NCBI GenBank assembly: GCA_963701965.1
Contig: OY969695.1
Coordinates: 5,024,001 to 5,088,000 of the forward strand
From: an uncultured Gemmatimonadales bacterium
Lineage (GTDB): Bacteria; Gemmatimonadota; Gemmatimonadetes; Gemmatimonadales; Gemmatimonadaceae
DNA length: 64,000 nucleotides
Direction of reading: 5' to 3'
Shown: positions 53,222-62,144 of the stretch, one piece after another
Layout of the letters: each line of letters starts with the position of its first letter
Numbering within the stretch: the first letter of the stretch is position 1
Program-made: the position numbers and the translations under genes
The notes under the pieces: model-generated
Told to the model about the DNA's origin: nothing
Databases searched by the model: none
Seen by the model: the letters and a program-made list of their open reading frames with translations, nothing else

Positions 53222-54237
53222 GGCACCGGCAGGATGTCGAGCACGCGTTGCACCACCTCGTCGGTCGTCACCCGCTCGGCGTCGGCCTCGTACGTCAACC
53301 CGATGCGATGCCGCAGGACGTCGGGCGCGACGAACTTGATGTCCGCGGGGGCCACCCACCCGCGTCCCTCCAGAAATGCGCGCGCCTTGGCCGCGCGCAC
53401 CAGCGCGATCGACGCGCGCGGACTCGCGCCGTACTCGACCAGGGGTTCGAGCGCCGCCAGTCCGGCGGGCGCCGGCGCGCGCGTGGTGCGGACAATGTCG
53501 AGGGCGTAATCGCGGGCCCGCGGGTCGAGATAGATGCGGTCGACGACGCGCCGCGCCCGCAGCACGCGGGCCGCATCGATCACCGGCCGGATGACGGGCG
53601 GCGCGCCGCTGGTCATGCGGTCCAGCATGGTGCTCTCGTCATCGCGCGCGGGATAGCGGACCACGAGCTTCATCATGAACCGGTCGACCTGCGCTTCGGG
53701 GAGCGGATAGGTCCCTTCGTGCTCGATGGGGTTCTGCGTGGCCAGCACCAGAAAGGGCTCATCGAGCGGGAACGTCTGCCCACCGATCGTCACCTGCTTT
53801 TCCTGCATCGCTTCCAGGAGCGCGCTCTGCACCTTGGCCGGCGCCCGATTGATCTCGTCGGCCAGCACGATGTGGGCGAAGATCGGGCCGCGTTGCACGG
53901 AGAACTCGCCCGTGCGCTGATTGTAGATCATCGTGCCGACGACGTCCGCCGGCAGCAGGTCCGGCGTGAACTGGACGCGGCGAAAGGTGCAGTCGACTGC
54001 CGCCGCCAGGGCGCGCACGGCCAACGTCTTGGCCAGGCCGGGCAACCCCTCGAGCAAGAGGTGCCCGTCCGCCAGGAGTCCGAGCAACAAACCATCGAGC
54101 AGGTGCTGTTGCCCTATGACCGCACGCCCGAGCTCGGCCTCCACCTCGGCGACGAACGCGTTCTCGGCGCGTACCACCGCATCGAGGGCATCGAGCTCAG
54201 CCGGATCGCGCGGATGAGTGACGATGACATTGGTCAT
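53218..54237 (-). CDS. moxR: MoxR-family AAA+ ATPase
   Basis: LLEGLPGLAKT, QFTPDLLPAD, DEINRAPAKVQSALLEAM, ATQNPIE, SPRA. Confidence 0.95.
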   Translation of the reverse strand: MTNVIVTHPRDPAELDALDAVVRAENAFVAEVEAELGRAVIGQQHLLDGLLLGLLADGHLLLEGLPGLAKTLAVRALAAAVDCTFRRVQFTPDLLPADVVGTMIYNQRTGEFSVQRGPIFAHIVLADEINRAPAKVQSALLEAMQEKQVTIGGQTFPLDEPFLVLATQNPIEHEGTYPLPEAQVDRFMMKLVVRYPARDDESTMLDRMTSGAPPVIRPVIDAARVLRARRVVDRIYLDPRARDYALDIVRTTRAPAPAGLAALEPLVEYGASPRASIALVRAAKARAFLEGRGWVAPADIKFVAPDVLRHRIGLTYEADAERVTTDEVVQRVLDILPVP

Positions 54238-54253
54238 CGTCGGAGTATAGCCG

Positions 54254-54781
54254 TCAGTACGTGAGGAGCGCGCTGGCCTTTCGTGCGCCCAAAGCCGCGC
54301 GCCCGTTGAGGAACGACAGGGCGATGAGGAAGCTCAGGCCGACGATGTGGACGCCGAGACGCTCCAGAAGCTGGCACGTGGCGGCGGCCGTGCCGCCGGT
54401 GGCCAACACGTCATCGACGATCAGGACGCGCGGGGGCGGCTCGTAGGTCTCGCGATGGATCTCCAGCACGCCGCTGCCGTACTCCAGGGCGTACTCGATC
54501 CGCTCCGTCGCGAAGGGGAGTTTCCCGGCCTTGCGCACGGGGATGAAGCCGGCGTTGAGGGCCTGGGCGACAGGCGCGCCAAAGATGAAACCGCGCGCTT
54601 CCACGGCGACCACGTGGGTGACGTGGGCCTCGGCGAACGGCGCCGCCAGCGCGTCGGTCGCCCGGCGAAACGCCGCGGCGTCGGCGAGGAGCGGCGTGAT
54701 GTCCTTGAACACGATCCCCGGTGTGGGGAAATCGGGGATGTCGCGCACGTACGCGCGCAGATCGGTGTCAATGGCGGTCAC
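54254..54781 (-). CDS. apt: Adenine phosphoribosyltransferase
   Basis: DFPTPGIVFKDITPL, EARGF, RKAGKLP, VDDVLATGGT. Confidence 0.97.
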   Translation of the reverse strand: MTAIDTDLRAYVRDIPDFPTPGIVFKDITPLLADAAAFRRATDALAAPFAEAHVTHVVAVEARGFIFGAPVAQALNAGFIPVRKAGKLPFATERIEYALEYGSGVLEIHRETYEPPPRVLIVDDVLATGGTAAATCQLLERLGVHIVGLSFLIALSFLNGRAALGARKASALLTY

Positions 54782-55080
54782 TCGTGCACCACGGCAAAGG
54801 GACGTGGAAGGGATGGACTGACGGATGCTATCGCCTCGGTGGCCTCTGTGCCCTCGACGGGCTCCACGGCATCAACGCGGGCGTGCTTTGGCCCGCGGCG
54901 CACCGCGGCGAGAAACTGGTCCGTGGCGGCGGCGTCGCCGGACACCAGGAGCTCGACGCTGCCGTCCGACCGGTTGCGAACCCAGCCGGCGAGACCTAGG
55001 GCGTCGGCGCGTTCCCGAACGAACCAGCGGAACCCGACGCCCTGCACGCGGCCGACGACGCGGACGTGGTGCACGGGCAC
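54778..55080 (-). CDS. acyP: Acylphosphatase
   Basis: GRVQGVGFR, GWVRNRSDGSVE. Confidence 0.95.
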   Translation of the reverse strand: MPVHHVRVVGRVQGVGFRWFVRERADALGLAGWVRNRSDGSVELLVSGDAAATDQFLAAVRRGPKHARVDAVEPVEGTEATEAIASVSPSLPRPFAVVHE

Positions 55081-55089
55081 ACCGGCAAT

Positions 55090-56097
55090 CTAGCCTCGGA
55101 CGCCGAGGAGTGCCGACAACGCGGCGGCGAGAGCGGCGGCGAGCGCCGGATCGTCATCGACGTGCGGGACCGCGCCCGGGACCACGAGCTCGCCGCGACG
55201 GATCCGCCCGGCCACCGTCTCGAGCGCCGCGGCGACCAGACGATTGCCCGCTTCGGGCTGCGTCGGGAGCAACACGGGCGTCGTCGTCGGCCGCACAGCC
55301 GCGACGCGGAGGGGAGGCTCGGCACTCACCCACGGCGGGGTGATGCGGCGATTGATGACCGGCGTCGGGTCGGACGGGCCAACCATCGCGGGCGGAGGCG
55401 GCGTGCGGCGCGGCGGGGCGTACACGGGGAGTGGCGTCTCAGCAACCGCGTCCCCAAACAACGCCTCCTCGGCACTCACCCCGGGGACGCTCGACCACGT
55501 GTTGTAGGTCGGCGTCTCGTGCACCGCGTAGGTCTCGAGCTCCGGCTCCGTCGCCAGCGGCTCGGCCGCCAACGGCTCGGCTGCCAACGGCTCGGCTGCC
55601 AACGGCTCGGCAACCAGCGGCCCGGGCTCGGGTTCAACTACGGGCTCGGGTTCGACCACGGGTTCGGGTGCGACAGCGACGGGTTCGGGCTCGAACGTCT
55701 CGGGAGCGGCCGACGCCGCGACCGACGCCCAACTCGGGGCTTCGTCATCCTCTGGGACCGCATAGGGCACGTCGGTCACCGCCTCGGCAACCGCCTCATA
55801 CGCCGCGATCGCGTCGTGCTGAGGGATCGTCTCCTGCTCCACTGGCGGCGGCGCCACCTCCTCCTCGTGGACATCGGCGACAGCCGTCGGCAGCGCCACG
55901 GGTGCGCCGTACGCCGCGCGCACGCTACCGGGCTTCGGTCCACCGTAGCGGATCGGCCCAAACGGCGGCAGCGTCACCCGCCCACTCATGAGGTCACCGC
56001 GGAGCGCGGGTCGCGCGCCAGCGACCACCGGCTTCACAAACGGCTTGAGAGCCGGCCGCGCAACCTGTTGAAAGGACGGACTTTCTGTTCCCGACAT
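55090..56097 (-). CDS. Hypothetical low-complexity Pro/Glu/Ala-rich protein
   Basis: Fills the gap within the operon; acidic disordered middle, conserved-looking C-terminus (AAALETVAGRIRRGEL...LAAALSALL). Confidence 0.65.
   Translation of the reverse strand: MSGTESPSFQQVARPALKPFVKPVVAGARPALRGDLMSGRVTLPPFGPIRYGGPKPGSVRAAYGAPVALPTAVADVHEEEVAPPPVEQETIPQHDAIAAYEAVAEAVTDVPYAVPEDDEAPSWASVAASAAPETFEPEPVAVAPEPVVEPEPVVEPEPGPLVAEPLAAEPLAAEPLAAEPLATEPELETYAVHETPTYNTWSSVPGVSAEEALFGDAVAETPLPVYAPPRRTPPPPAMVGPSDPTPVINRRITPPWVSAEPPLRVAAVRPTTTPVLLPTQPEAGNRLVAAALETVAGRIRRGELVVPGAVPHVDDDPALAAALAAALSALLGVRG
55545..55695 (-). repeat. Coding tandem repeats: (EPLAA)x5 at 15 bp and (PEPVVE)x2-3 at 18 bp
   Basis: AACGGCTCGGCTGCC-type units read directly. 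Confidence 0.85.
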
Positions 56098-56119
56098 CGC
56101 GCATTCCCCTTAGGTCTCG

Positions 56120-56788
56120 TCACCCGGGCCAACCGTACTTGCCTAGGAGCGGGACGAACCGCACGGGCGCAATGTCACGGCGGTCGAGGGCGTCACCCCG
56201 CCGCGTGCCTACAATGAGGGTCTGCTCTTCCCGGCCTCCGACCGGCGCCAGGATGCGCCCGCCCTCGGCCAGCTGCTCGAACAACGGCCGCGGCACGTCC
56301 GGCGCGGCCGCGCTCACGAGGATGGCGTCATACGGGGAGTACTCGCGCCACCCGAACGTGCCGTCGCCCAAGAGCAGCGAGATATTCCGCGCGCCGACCA
56401 GCCGGATGACCTCGCGCGCCCGATCGAGAAGCGCCGGCACGCGCTCGACGGAAAAGACCTGCGCGGCGAGATGCGAGAGGAGCACAGTCTGATAGCCCGA
56501 GCCCGTGCCGATCTCCAGGACCCGCTCGTGCCCCGTGAGCCGCAGCTCACTCAGATAGCGGGCATGCACGGACGGCTGCGACACGGTCTGCGCGTTCCCG
56601 ATCGGCAGCGCCGAGTCTTCGTAGGCCCGGTGCTGCACGCCGGTGGGGACGAACAAGTGCCGCGGCGTCAGATCGAACGCCCGCAGCACGGCCAGATCCG
56701 TGATCCCTTTTTCACGGAGCGCCTCGACCAGGCGCCGCCGCGGTCCCCGAAACGGCGCCTCGGCGCCGCTCACGGCTCCCGCCACCAC
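56120..56788 (-). CDS. pcm: Protein-L-isoaspartate O-methyltransferase
   Basis: PRHLFVP, AYEDSALPIG, VLEIGTGSGYQ, VRFVPL; alternative GTG start 56773. Confidence 0.95.
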   Translation of the reverse strand: MVAGAVSGAEAPFRGPRRRLVEALREKGITDLAVLRAFDLTPRHLFVPTGVQHRAYEDSALPIGNAQTVSQPSVHARYLSELRLTGHERVLEIGTGSGYQTVLLSHLAAQVFSVERVPALLDRAREVIRLVGARNISLLLGDGTFGWREYSPYDAILVSAAAPDVPRPLFEQLAEGGRILAPVGGREEQTLIVGTRRGDALDRRDIAPVRFVPLLGKYGWPG

Positions 56789-57528
56789 GTGGGCGCCGAC
56801 GCCAGCATGTCGAAATGCGTGAGGTCGAGATGCAGCGGCGTGACCGAGATAAACCCATCGCGCACCGCCTGGTAGTCGGAATCCGCCCCGCCCGTCCAGG
56901 CCATGGTGCCCCCGCCAATCCAGAAGACCTCTTTCCCCCAGGGGTCCTTCATGCGCCGGATCGAATCCCGGAACACCCGGCGCCCGAGGCGCGTGAGCCG
57001 CGCGCCTTTGATCTCGCCGCTGGGCAGCGGCGGCAAGTTGATGTTGAGCAGCGTGTCTTTCGGCAGGTCCAGCGACAGCACGTGCCCCAGGAGCCCGCGC
57101 ACGGCGTCGATCTGCGACGCGATCAGCGTGGCGTCAGTCCCGTGATCGCCGCCGGCGAACGACAGCGCGATCGACGGGAGGCCCAGCGCCAGCCCTTCCA
57201 TCGCCGCGGCCACCGTGCCGGAATACAGCACGTCCTCGCCCATGTTCTGCCCGTGATTCACACCGCTCAGCACGAAATCCGGCGGCTCCGGCATCAGCGC
57301 TTCCAGCGCCAGCATGACGCAGTCGGTCGGCGTCCCGTCGACCTGGTAGCGCCGCTCGCCGCGGGGTTTGACGCGCAGCGGGTGGTGCATGGTCAGCGCG
57401 TGGCTGGTCGCGCTCTGCTCCCGATCGGGCGCCACCACGGTGACTTCGCCCAACGGCTCGGCCGCCCGTACGAGGCAGTCGAGTCCCAGCGCCAGGAAGC
57501 CATCGTCGTTCGTGCATAGCAGTCGCAC
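56770..57528 (-). CDS. surE: 5'/3'-nucleotidase SurE
   Basis: LCTNDDG, VAPDREQSATSH, GTPTDCV, YSGTVAAA, ISVTPL. Confidence 0.97.
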   Translation of the reverse strand: MRLLCTNDDGFLALGLDCLVRAAEPLGEVTVVAPDREQSATSHALTMHHPLRVKPRGERRYQVDGTPTDCVMLALEALMPEPPDFVLSGVNHGQNMGEDVLYSGTVAAAMEGLALGLPSIALSFAGGDHGTDATLIASQIDAVRGLLGHVLSLDLPKDTLLNINLPPLPSGEIKGARLTRLGRRVFRDSIRRMKDPWGKEVFWIGGGTMAWTGGADSDYQAVRDGFISVTPLHLDLTHFDMLASAPTWWREP

Positions 57529-57893
57529 TAGGGGCCGTGGGCTGATTCGTCGGCCAGCAACCCGACAATGGCCTCGAGCTCGTGCTCCATCGTCTCCAGC
57601 GTCTCATGGTCGAGCGCGGCCCGCGCCGCGGTCCGGAGCTCGCCCGACTTCCGGTGCTCGTCGACTTTCCGGCGGGCGCCGTCGATCGTGTACTTCTCGG
57701 TATAGAGGAGATGCTTGACGAGCAGAATCAGCTCGACTTCGCGCCGCTGGTACACGCGGTTCCCCGACCGGTTCTTGGCCGGGCTCAGGAATCGAAACTG
57801 GCTTTCCCAGTACCGCAGCACGTGCGGCTTGAGGTCCGTCAGCGCGCACACGTCCCCAATCGAGAAGAACTGTCGGACCGGCTCGGACGGCAT
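57528..57893 (-). CDS. MerR-family HTH regulator
   Basis: FSIGDV...KPHVLRYWESQF...GNRVY...LLYTEKYTIDGA. Confidence 0.9.
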   Translation of the reverse strand: MPSEPVRQFFSIGDVCALTDLKPHVLRYWESQFRFLSPAKNRSGNRVYQRREVELILLVKHLLYTEKYTIDGARRKVDEHRKSGELRTAARAALDHETLETMEHELEAIVGLLADESAHGP

Positions 57894-58903
57894 CAATCCG
57901 CCTCGGCGCGCAACTCGCGCTCCATGAGAGTTGAGATGGCTTCCCGCGCCGGTCGCCCATCGAACAGGACGCCGTGCACGGCCCGCACGATTGGCATATC
58001 GACTCCGGCCCGCCGGGCCAACGCGTGGGCGCTCCGCGCCGTCACCACGCCCTCGGCCACCGTGTCACGGCCCGCCTGCGCTTCGGCCAAGGTCGCGCCC
58101 TGCCCGATGGCCACGCCCAGCGCGCGGTTGCGGCTCAACGCACCCGTGCACGTCAGCACCAGGTCCCCCAGCCCCGCGAGCCCCGCGAACGTGGCCGGCT
58201 GCGCGCCCAGCGCCACGCCGAGGCGCGTCATCTCGGCGAGTCCGCGCGTGATCAACGCCGCGCGGGAATTGAACCCGAGTCCCAGCCCCTCGCAGATCCC
58301 TGTCGCCACCGCCATCACGTTCTTGAGCGCGCCCCCCAGCTCGACGCCGGGCACGTCGTCGTGGGTGTACACCCGGAACTCCGCCGAGGAGAGCGCGCGC
58401 TGCACCGCGGCGGCGATGCCCGAATCCGTGGCCGCGGCGACGATAGCCGTCGGCTGCCGCGCCGCGACCTCGGCGGCGAAGCTGGGCCCCGAGAGCGCCA
58501 CGACCGGCCGGCCGCTCAACTCCGCCGACACCACGGACGTCATGAGCTCCAGAGTCTCCGCCTCGATCCCTTTGCTGGCCACCGCGATCGCGGCGTCCCG
58601 CCCGACGGCCGACGCCGACGCGCGCACGATCGTGCGGAGGTACTCCGAGGGGACCGCGTACAGCACCAGCTTGGCGCCGCGCACGGCTTCGGGCACGTCG
58701 CCCGTCGCCCGGACCGGCGTCGCCAGCCGCACGCCGGCGAGAAAGCGGCGGTTCTCCTGCGTTTCCCGGATGGAGGCCACGACATCGGGCTCACGGGCCC
58801 AAAGCTGCACACAGTGGCCGTTCCGCGCGAGCAGATCCGCCAGCGCCGTGCCCCAGGCGCCGGCGCCAATCACGGCGCAGGCCCCAGCCTGGGCGTCCGT
58901 CAC
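57893..58903 (-). CDS. gpsA: NAD(P)H-dependent glycerol-3-phosphate dehydrogenase
   Basis: GAGAWGTALA, SGPSFA, GALKNV, GLGDLVLTC, SRN. Confidence 0.97.
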   Translation of the reverse strand: MTDAQAGACAVIGAGAWGTALADLLARNGHCVQLWAREPDVVASIRETQENRRFLAGVRLATPVRATGDVPEAVRGAKLVLYAVPSEYLRTIVRASASAVGRDAAIAVASKGIEAETLELMTSVVSAELSGRPVVALSGPSFAAEVAARQPTAIVAAATDSGIAAAVQRALSSAEFRVYTHDDVPGVELGGALKNVMAVATGICEGLGLGFNSRAALITRGLAEMTRLGVALGAQPATFAGLAGLGDLVLTCTGALSRNRALGVAIGQGATLAEAQAGRDTVAEGVVTARSAHALARRAGVDMPIVRAVHGVLFDGRPAREAISTLMERELRAEAD

Positions 58904-59532
58904 ACCCCGCCCGCCCCCGCGTCCGGCGGGTCGTGGTCGACCTTGTCGGGTGGTTTGCGGTCAATGCGCGGCTCGTTCCCCCGTCGCAAGCGCCGGATGT
59001 TGCCCCGGTGCGTGAACAGGATGAACAACGCCACGGCCAGCGAAAACCAAAACACCGGGGTCGCGCCCCGCCCGATCAACACCATGATCGGCAGCAGGCC
59101 CGAGGCCATGAGCGACCCCAGGGACACGTACTTCGTGATCAAGACGACGAGGAGGAAAACGGCCAGCACGTCGGTCGTCTGGTGGGGCAACAGTCCGAGA
59201 AAGACGCCGGCCGCCGTGGCGACGCCTTTGCCGCCGCCCTGTCCCAACAGGAAGATCGGCCGCGTGTGCCCCACGATCGCCGCCAACCCGAACGCGATCT
59301 GCCAGATCTGGTGCTGGTTGGGATCTGCCGGCGTCGAGAACAGAATGACGGGGAGGGCGCCCTTTGCCGCGTCGAGCGCGAAGACCAAAAAGAAGAACGG
59401 CCATCCCATCACGCGCGCCAGATTCGTCGCGCCGAGGTTCCCCGACCCGTGCTGTCGGAGATCGATCCCGCCGAACACGCGTCCCACGAGATACGCGAAC
59501 GGCACCGAGCCAATGAGATAGGCGATCGCCAC
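58900..59532 (-). CDS. plsY: Glycerol-3-phosphate acyltransferase PlsY
   Basis: YLIGSVP, GSGNLGATN, GGKGVAT, HRGNIRRL; start uncertain. Confidence 0.95.
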   Translation of the reverse strand: MAIAYLIGSVPFAYLVGRVFGGIDLRQHGSGNLGATNLARVMGWPFFFLVFALDAAKGALPVILFSTPADPNQHQIWQIAFGLAAIVGHTRPIFLLGQGGGKGVATAAGVFLGLLPHQTTDVLAVFLLVVLITKYVSLGSLMASGLLPIMVLIGRGATPVFWFSLAVALFILFTHRGNIRRLRRGNEPRIDRKPPDKVDHDPPDAGAGGV

Positions 59533-59563
59533 ACCGACCGCCGGCGGAAATGGAACGGCAGGC

Positions 59564-60871
59564 TCACGCCGCCTTCCCCCGCATGATCACCCGCAACGGG
59601 CTACCCGTGAACCCCCACGCGGCGCGGAAACCGTTGTGGAGATACCGGACGTAATGCTCCTGCACGAGCTCGGGATGGTTGCCGAACACCGCGATGGTCG
59701 GAGGCGCGACCTCGACTTGCGTCGCGTAATTGAGGCGCACGTCCCGACCCGCCGCTTGCGGCGGCTGTCGCCGGGCGAGCAGCTCTTTCAGCGTCTCGTT
59801 CACTTGCAATGTGGGAATCCGCTTGTGCCACTGCTCATCGACTTGCAGCGCCGTGTCGAGAATCCGCGTCACGCGCTGGCCAGTAGTCGCCGACGTGAAG
59901 ATGAAGGGCACGAACCCCAGGTAGGGGGCCTTCTCGGCACACTCCTTCTCGAAATGCGCCGCGGTCTTGTCGCCCTTTTCCTTGAGATCCCATTTGTTCA
60001 CGACGATCATCAGGCCGCGCCCGGCTTCCCAGGCCAGCGCCGCGATCTTGAGATCCTGGACGTGCAGGCCTTCCGTCGCATCGAGGACCAGTACGCAGAC
60101 CTGGGCGCGCTCAATGGCGCGGCGCGTCCGCAGCGCCGAGTAGAACTCGATCCCATCGTCGACCCTCGATTGCCGGCGGAGACCCGCCGTATCGACGAAC
60201 ACCATCGGGTGACCATGATAGGTGAGCGGCGCATCGATCGCGTCGCGCGTCGTGCCAGCCTCTTCCGATACGACGAGACGATCTTCCCCCAGCAACCTAT
60301 TGACGATCGAAGACTTCCCGACGTTGGGCCGCCCGATCACCGCGACCCGCAGGGCCGTGGTCTCCTCGACGGCGCTCTCGGGAATGCGAGCCACCACGGC
60401 GTCCAACAGGTCGCCCGACCCCTTGCCGTTGTTCGCCGAAACGGGCAACGGGTCGCCGGCGCCGAGATCGTAGAGCTCGTAGAACTCGGTCGATGCCGGA
60501 TCGTCGACTTTGTTGGCGACGAGGAGCCAGGGCCGGCGCGATGACCGCAGGACATCGGCGATCCGGCGGTCGCTCGGCGTCGGGCCGGTCTTGGCGTCCA
60601 CGACAAAGAGCAGGAGGTCGGCCTCCTCGATCGCCTGCGATACCTGGCGCCGGATCTCGACATCCATCGGCAAATTCGGATCATCGACCAGCCCGCCCGT
60701 GTCGACGAGCCAAAACGCATGTCCCGCCCACTCGGCCCGCGCGAAATGGCGATCCCGCGTGGTACCCGGCTCGTCGCTCACGATCGCGGAGTGGCCGCCG
60801 ACGATGCGGTTGAACAACGCCGACTTGCCGACGTTCGGCCGCCCGATCAAGGCCACCGTGGGCGTGCTCAT
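59564..60871 (-). CDS. der: Ribosome biogenesis GTPase Der
   Basis: Two GRPNVGKS G-domains, DTGG/DTAG, NKVD/NKWD, KH-like C-terminus. Confidence 0.98.
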   Translation of the reverse strand: MSTPTVALIGRPNVGKSALFNRIVGGHSAIVSDEPGTTRDRHFARAEWAGHAFWLVDTGGLVDDPNLPMDVEIRRQVSQAIEEADLLLFVVDAKTGPTPSDRRIADVLRSSRRPWLLVANKVDDPASTEFYELYDLGAGDPLPVSANNGKGSGDLLDAVVARIPESAVEETTALRVAVIGRPNVGKSSIVNRLLGEDRLVVSEEAGTTRDAIDAPLTYHGHPMVFVDTAGLRRQSRVDDGIEFYSALRTRRAIERAQVCVLVLDATEGLHVQDLKIAALAWEAGRGLMIVVNKWDLKEKGDKTAAHFEKECAEKAPYLGFVPFIFTSATTGQRVTRILDTALQVDEQWHKRIPTLQVNETLKELLARRQPPQAAGRDVRLNYATQVEVAPPTIAVFGNHPELVQEHYVRYLHNGFRAAWGFTGSPLRVIMRGKAA

Positions 60872-62136
60872 GCGGCGGCTCCGAGGACATCAATGAAGTC
60901 GTACGAGGGCTCGACGGGCATCGGCAGCGACGCGCGCACATCCTCGAACACCGCGTCATCGAGAAAGACGCCCCGGTCGTTGATCGTCTCGGCCGGGATC
61001 AGGGCCAGGTCGAGGTCGACCCGCGCCGACAACGCGCGCGTGATATCCGCGCCGACCAGGAGCCCCGCCGTCGTCGTCGTAGGACCGAACAGGCTGTTCT
61101 CGACCGGAATGAGCTCGAACGTTGCCCCGGTGGCCGAGCGCAGGCGATCCAGAAGCTCGGGCATCAGCGGCGCCATCGACGTGCCGGTCACGACGCCAAT
61201 GCGCCGGCCATCGAGTCGGGGCAGCTCCGCCGCGCCCCGACGCACCCGTTGGCGCAACAGCGCCACGGAGCCGACGCCGTTCTCGACTTGTTCGAACTCC
61301 CCATAGTGGCTCGCGGCCGGCAAAGGGACGTCGGCCAGAAGATACAACTCATCGGAGCCGAAGACCCACGGAGTCTCGCGCTCGTGACGCCCCCGCTTCA
61401 CCCACGGCGCGATCTGCGCCAAGAGGTCGCGCGCCATGGTCCGGTCCATCGATCGCCCCGTGTAGAGATGCGAGAACTGCGTCAGGCCCACGGGCACAAT
61501 GGCGACCGACAGGACGGCCTCGCCGAGGGACCACAAGTCGGTGAGGGATGCCTCGAGCACCGCGCCGTCGTTGAGCCCCGGCACGATGACCATCTGGCTG
61601 TGAAACGCGATCCCGCCCGCGGCCAGCGTCCGCAGCTGGGCGACGATGTCGGGGACTTTCGGGTTGTTCAACAACACCTTGCGGGCCTCGTGCGGCGTCG
61701 CGTGCACCGAGACGTAGAGCGGCGACAGCCGGTACTCGAGGATGCGCCGCACATCCCGCTCGCGCACGTTCGACAACGTGGCGAAATTCCCGTACGCAAA
61801 CGACAGCCGATAGTCGTCATCGCGCAGGTACAGCGGCCGCCGCAGGCCTTCCGGCAATCCCTCGATGAAGCAGAACTCGCACCGGTTGGCGCACTGCCGC
61901 ACGGTCGGCGGTTCCAGCTCGACCCCCAGGGATTCCCCATCGGGCCGCTCGATTTCGTAGACGATGGTCTCGTCGCCGGAACGCGCCTCGATCTCCAACG
62001 CGTCCTCGGCCGTCAAGAACTCCCAGTCCAGAAAGTCCGCGAGCGCGCGCCCGTTGACCGACACCAACTCGGTCCCCGGCCCGAGTCCAACCGACTCGGC
62101 GATACTGCCCGGCGCGACGCGCGCCACGCGAACCAT
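60868..62136 (-). CDS. PDZ + radical SAM DUF512 protein
   Basis: VAPGSIAE PDZ-like start; CANRCEFCFI; RDDDYRLSF; QVENGVG. Confidence 0.9.
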   Translation of the reverse strand: MVRVARVAPGSIAESVGLGPGTELVSVNGRALADFLDWEFLTAEDALEIEARSGDETIVYEIERPDGESLGVELEPPTVRQCANRCEFCFIEGLPEGLRRPLYLRDDDYRLSFAYGNFATLSNVRERDVRRILEYRLSPLYVSVHATPHEARKVLLNNPKVPDIVAQLRTLAAGGIAFHSQMVIVPGLNDGAVLEASLTDLWSLGEAVLSVAIVPVGLTQFSHLYTGRSMDRTMARDLLAQIAPWVKRGRHERETPWVFGSDELYLLADVPLPAASHYGEFEQVENGVGSVALLRQRVRRGAAELPRLDGRRIGVVTGTSMAPLMPELLDRLRSATGATFELIPVENSLFGPTTTTAGLLVGADITRALSARVDLDLALIPAETINDRGVFLDDAVFEDVRASLPMPVEPSYDFIDVLGAAA

Positions 62137-62144
62137 GACCGCCC

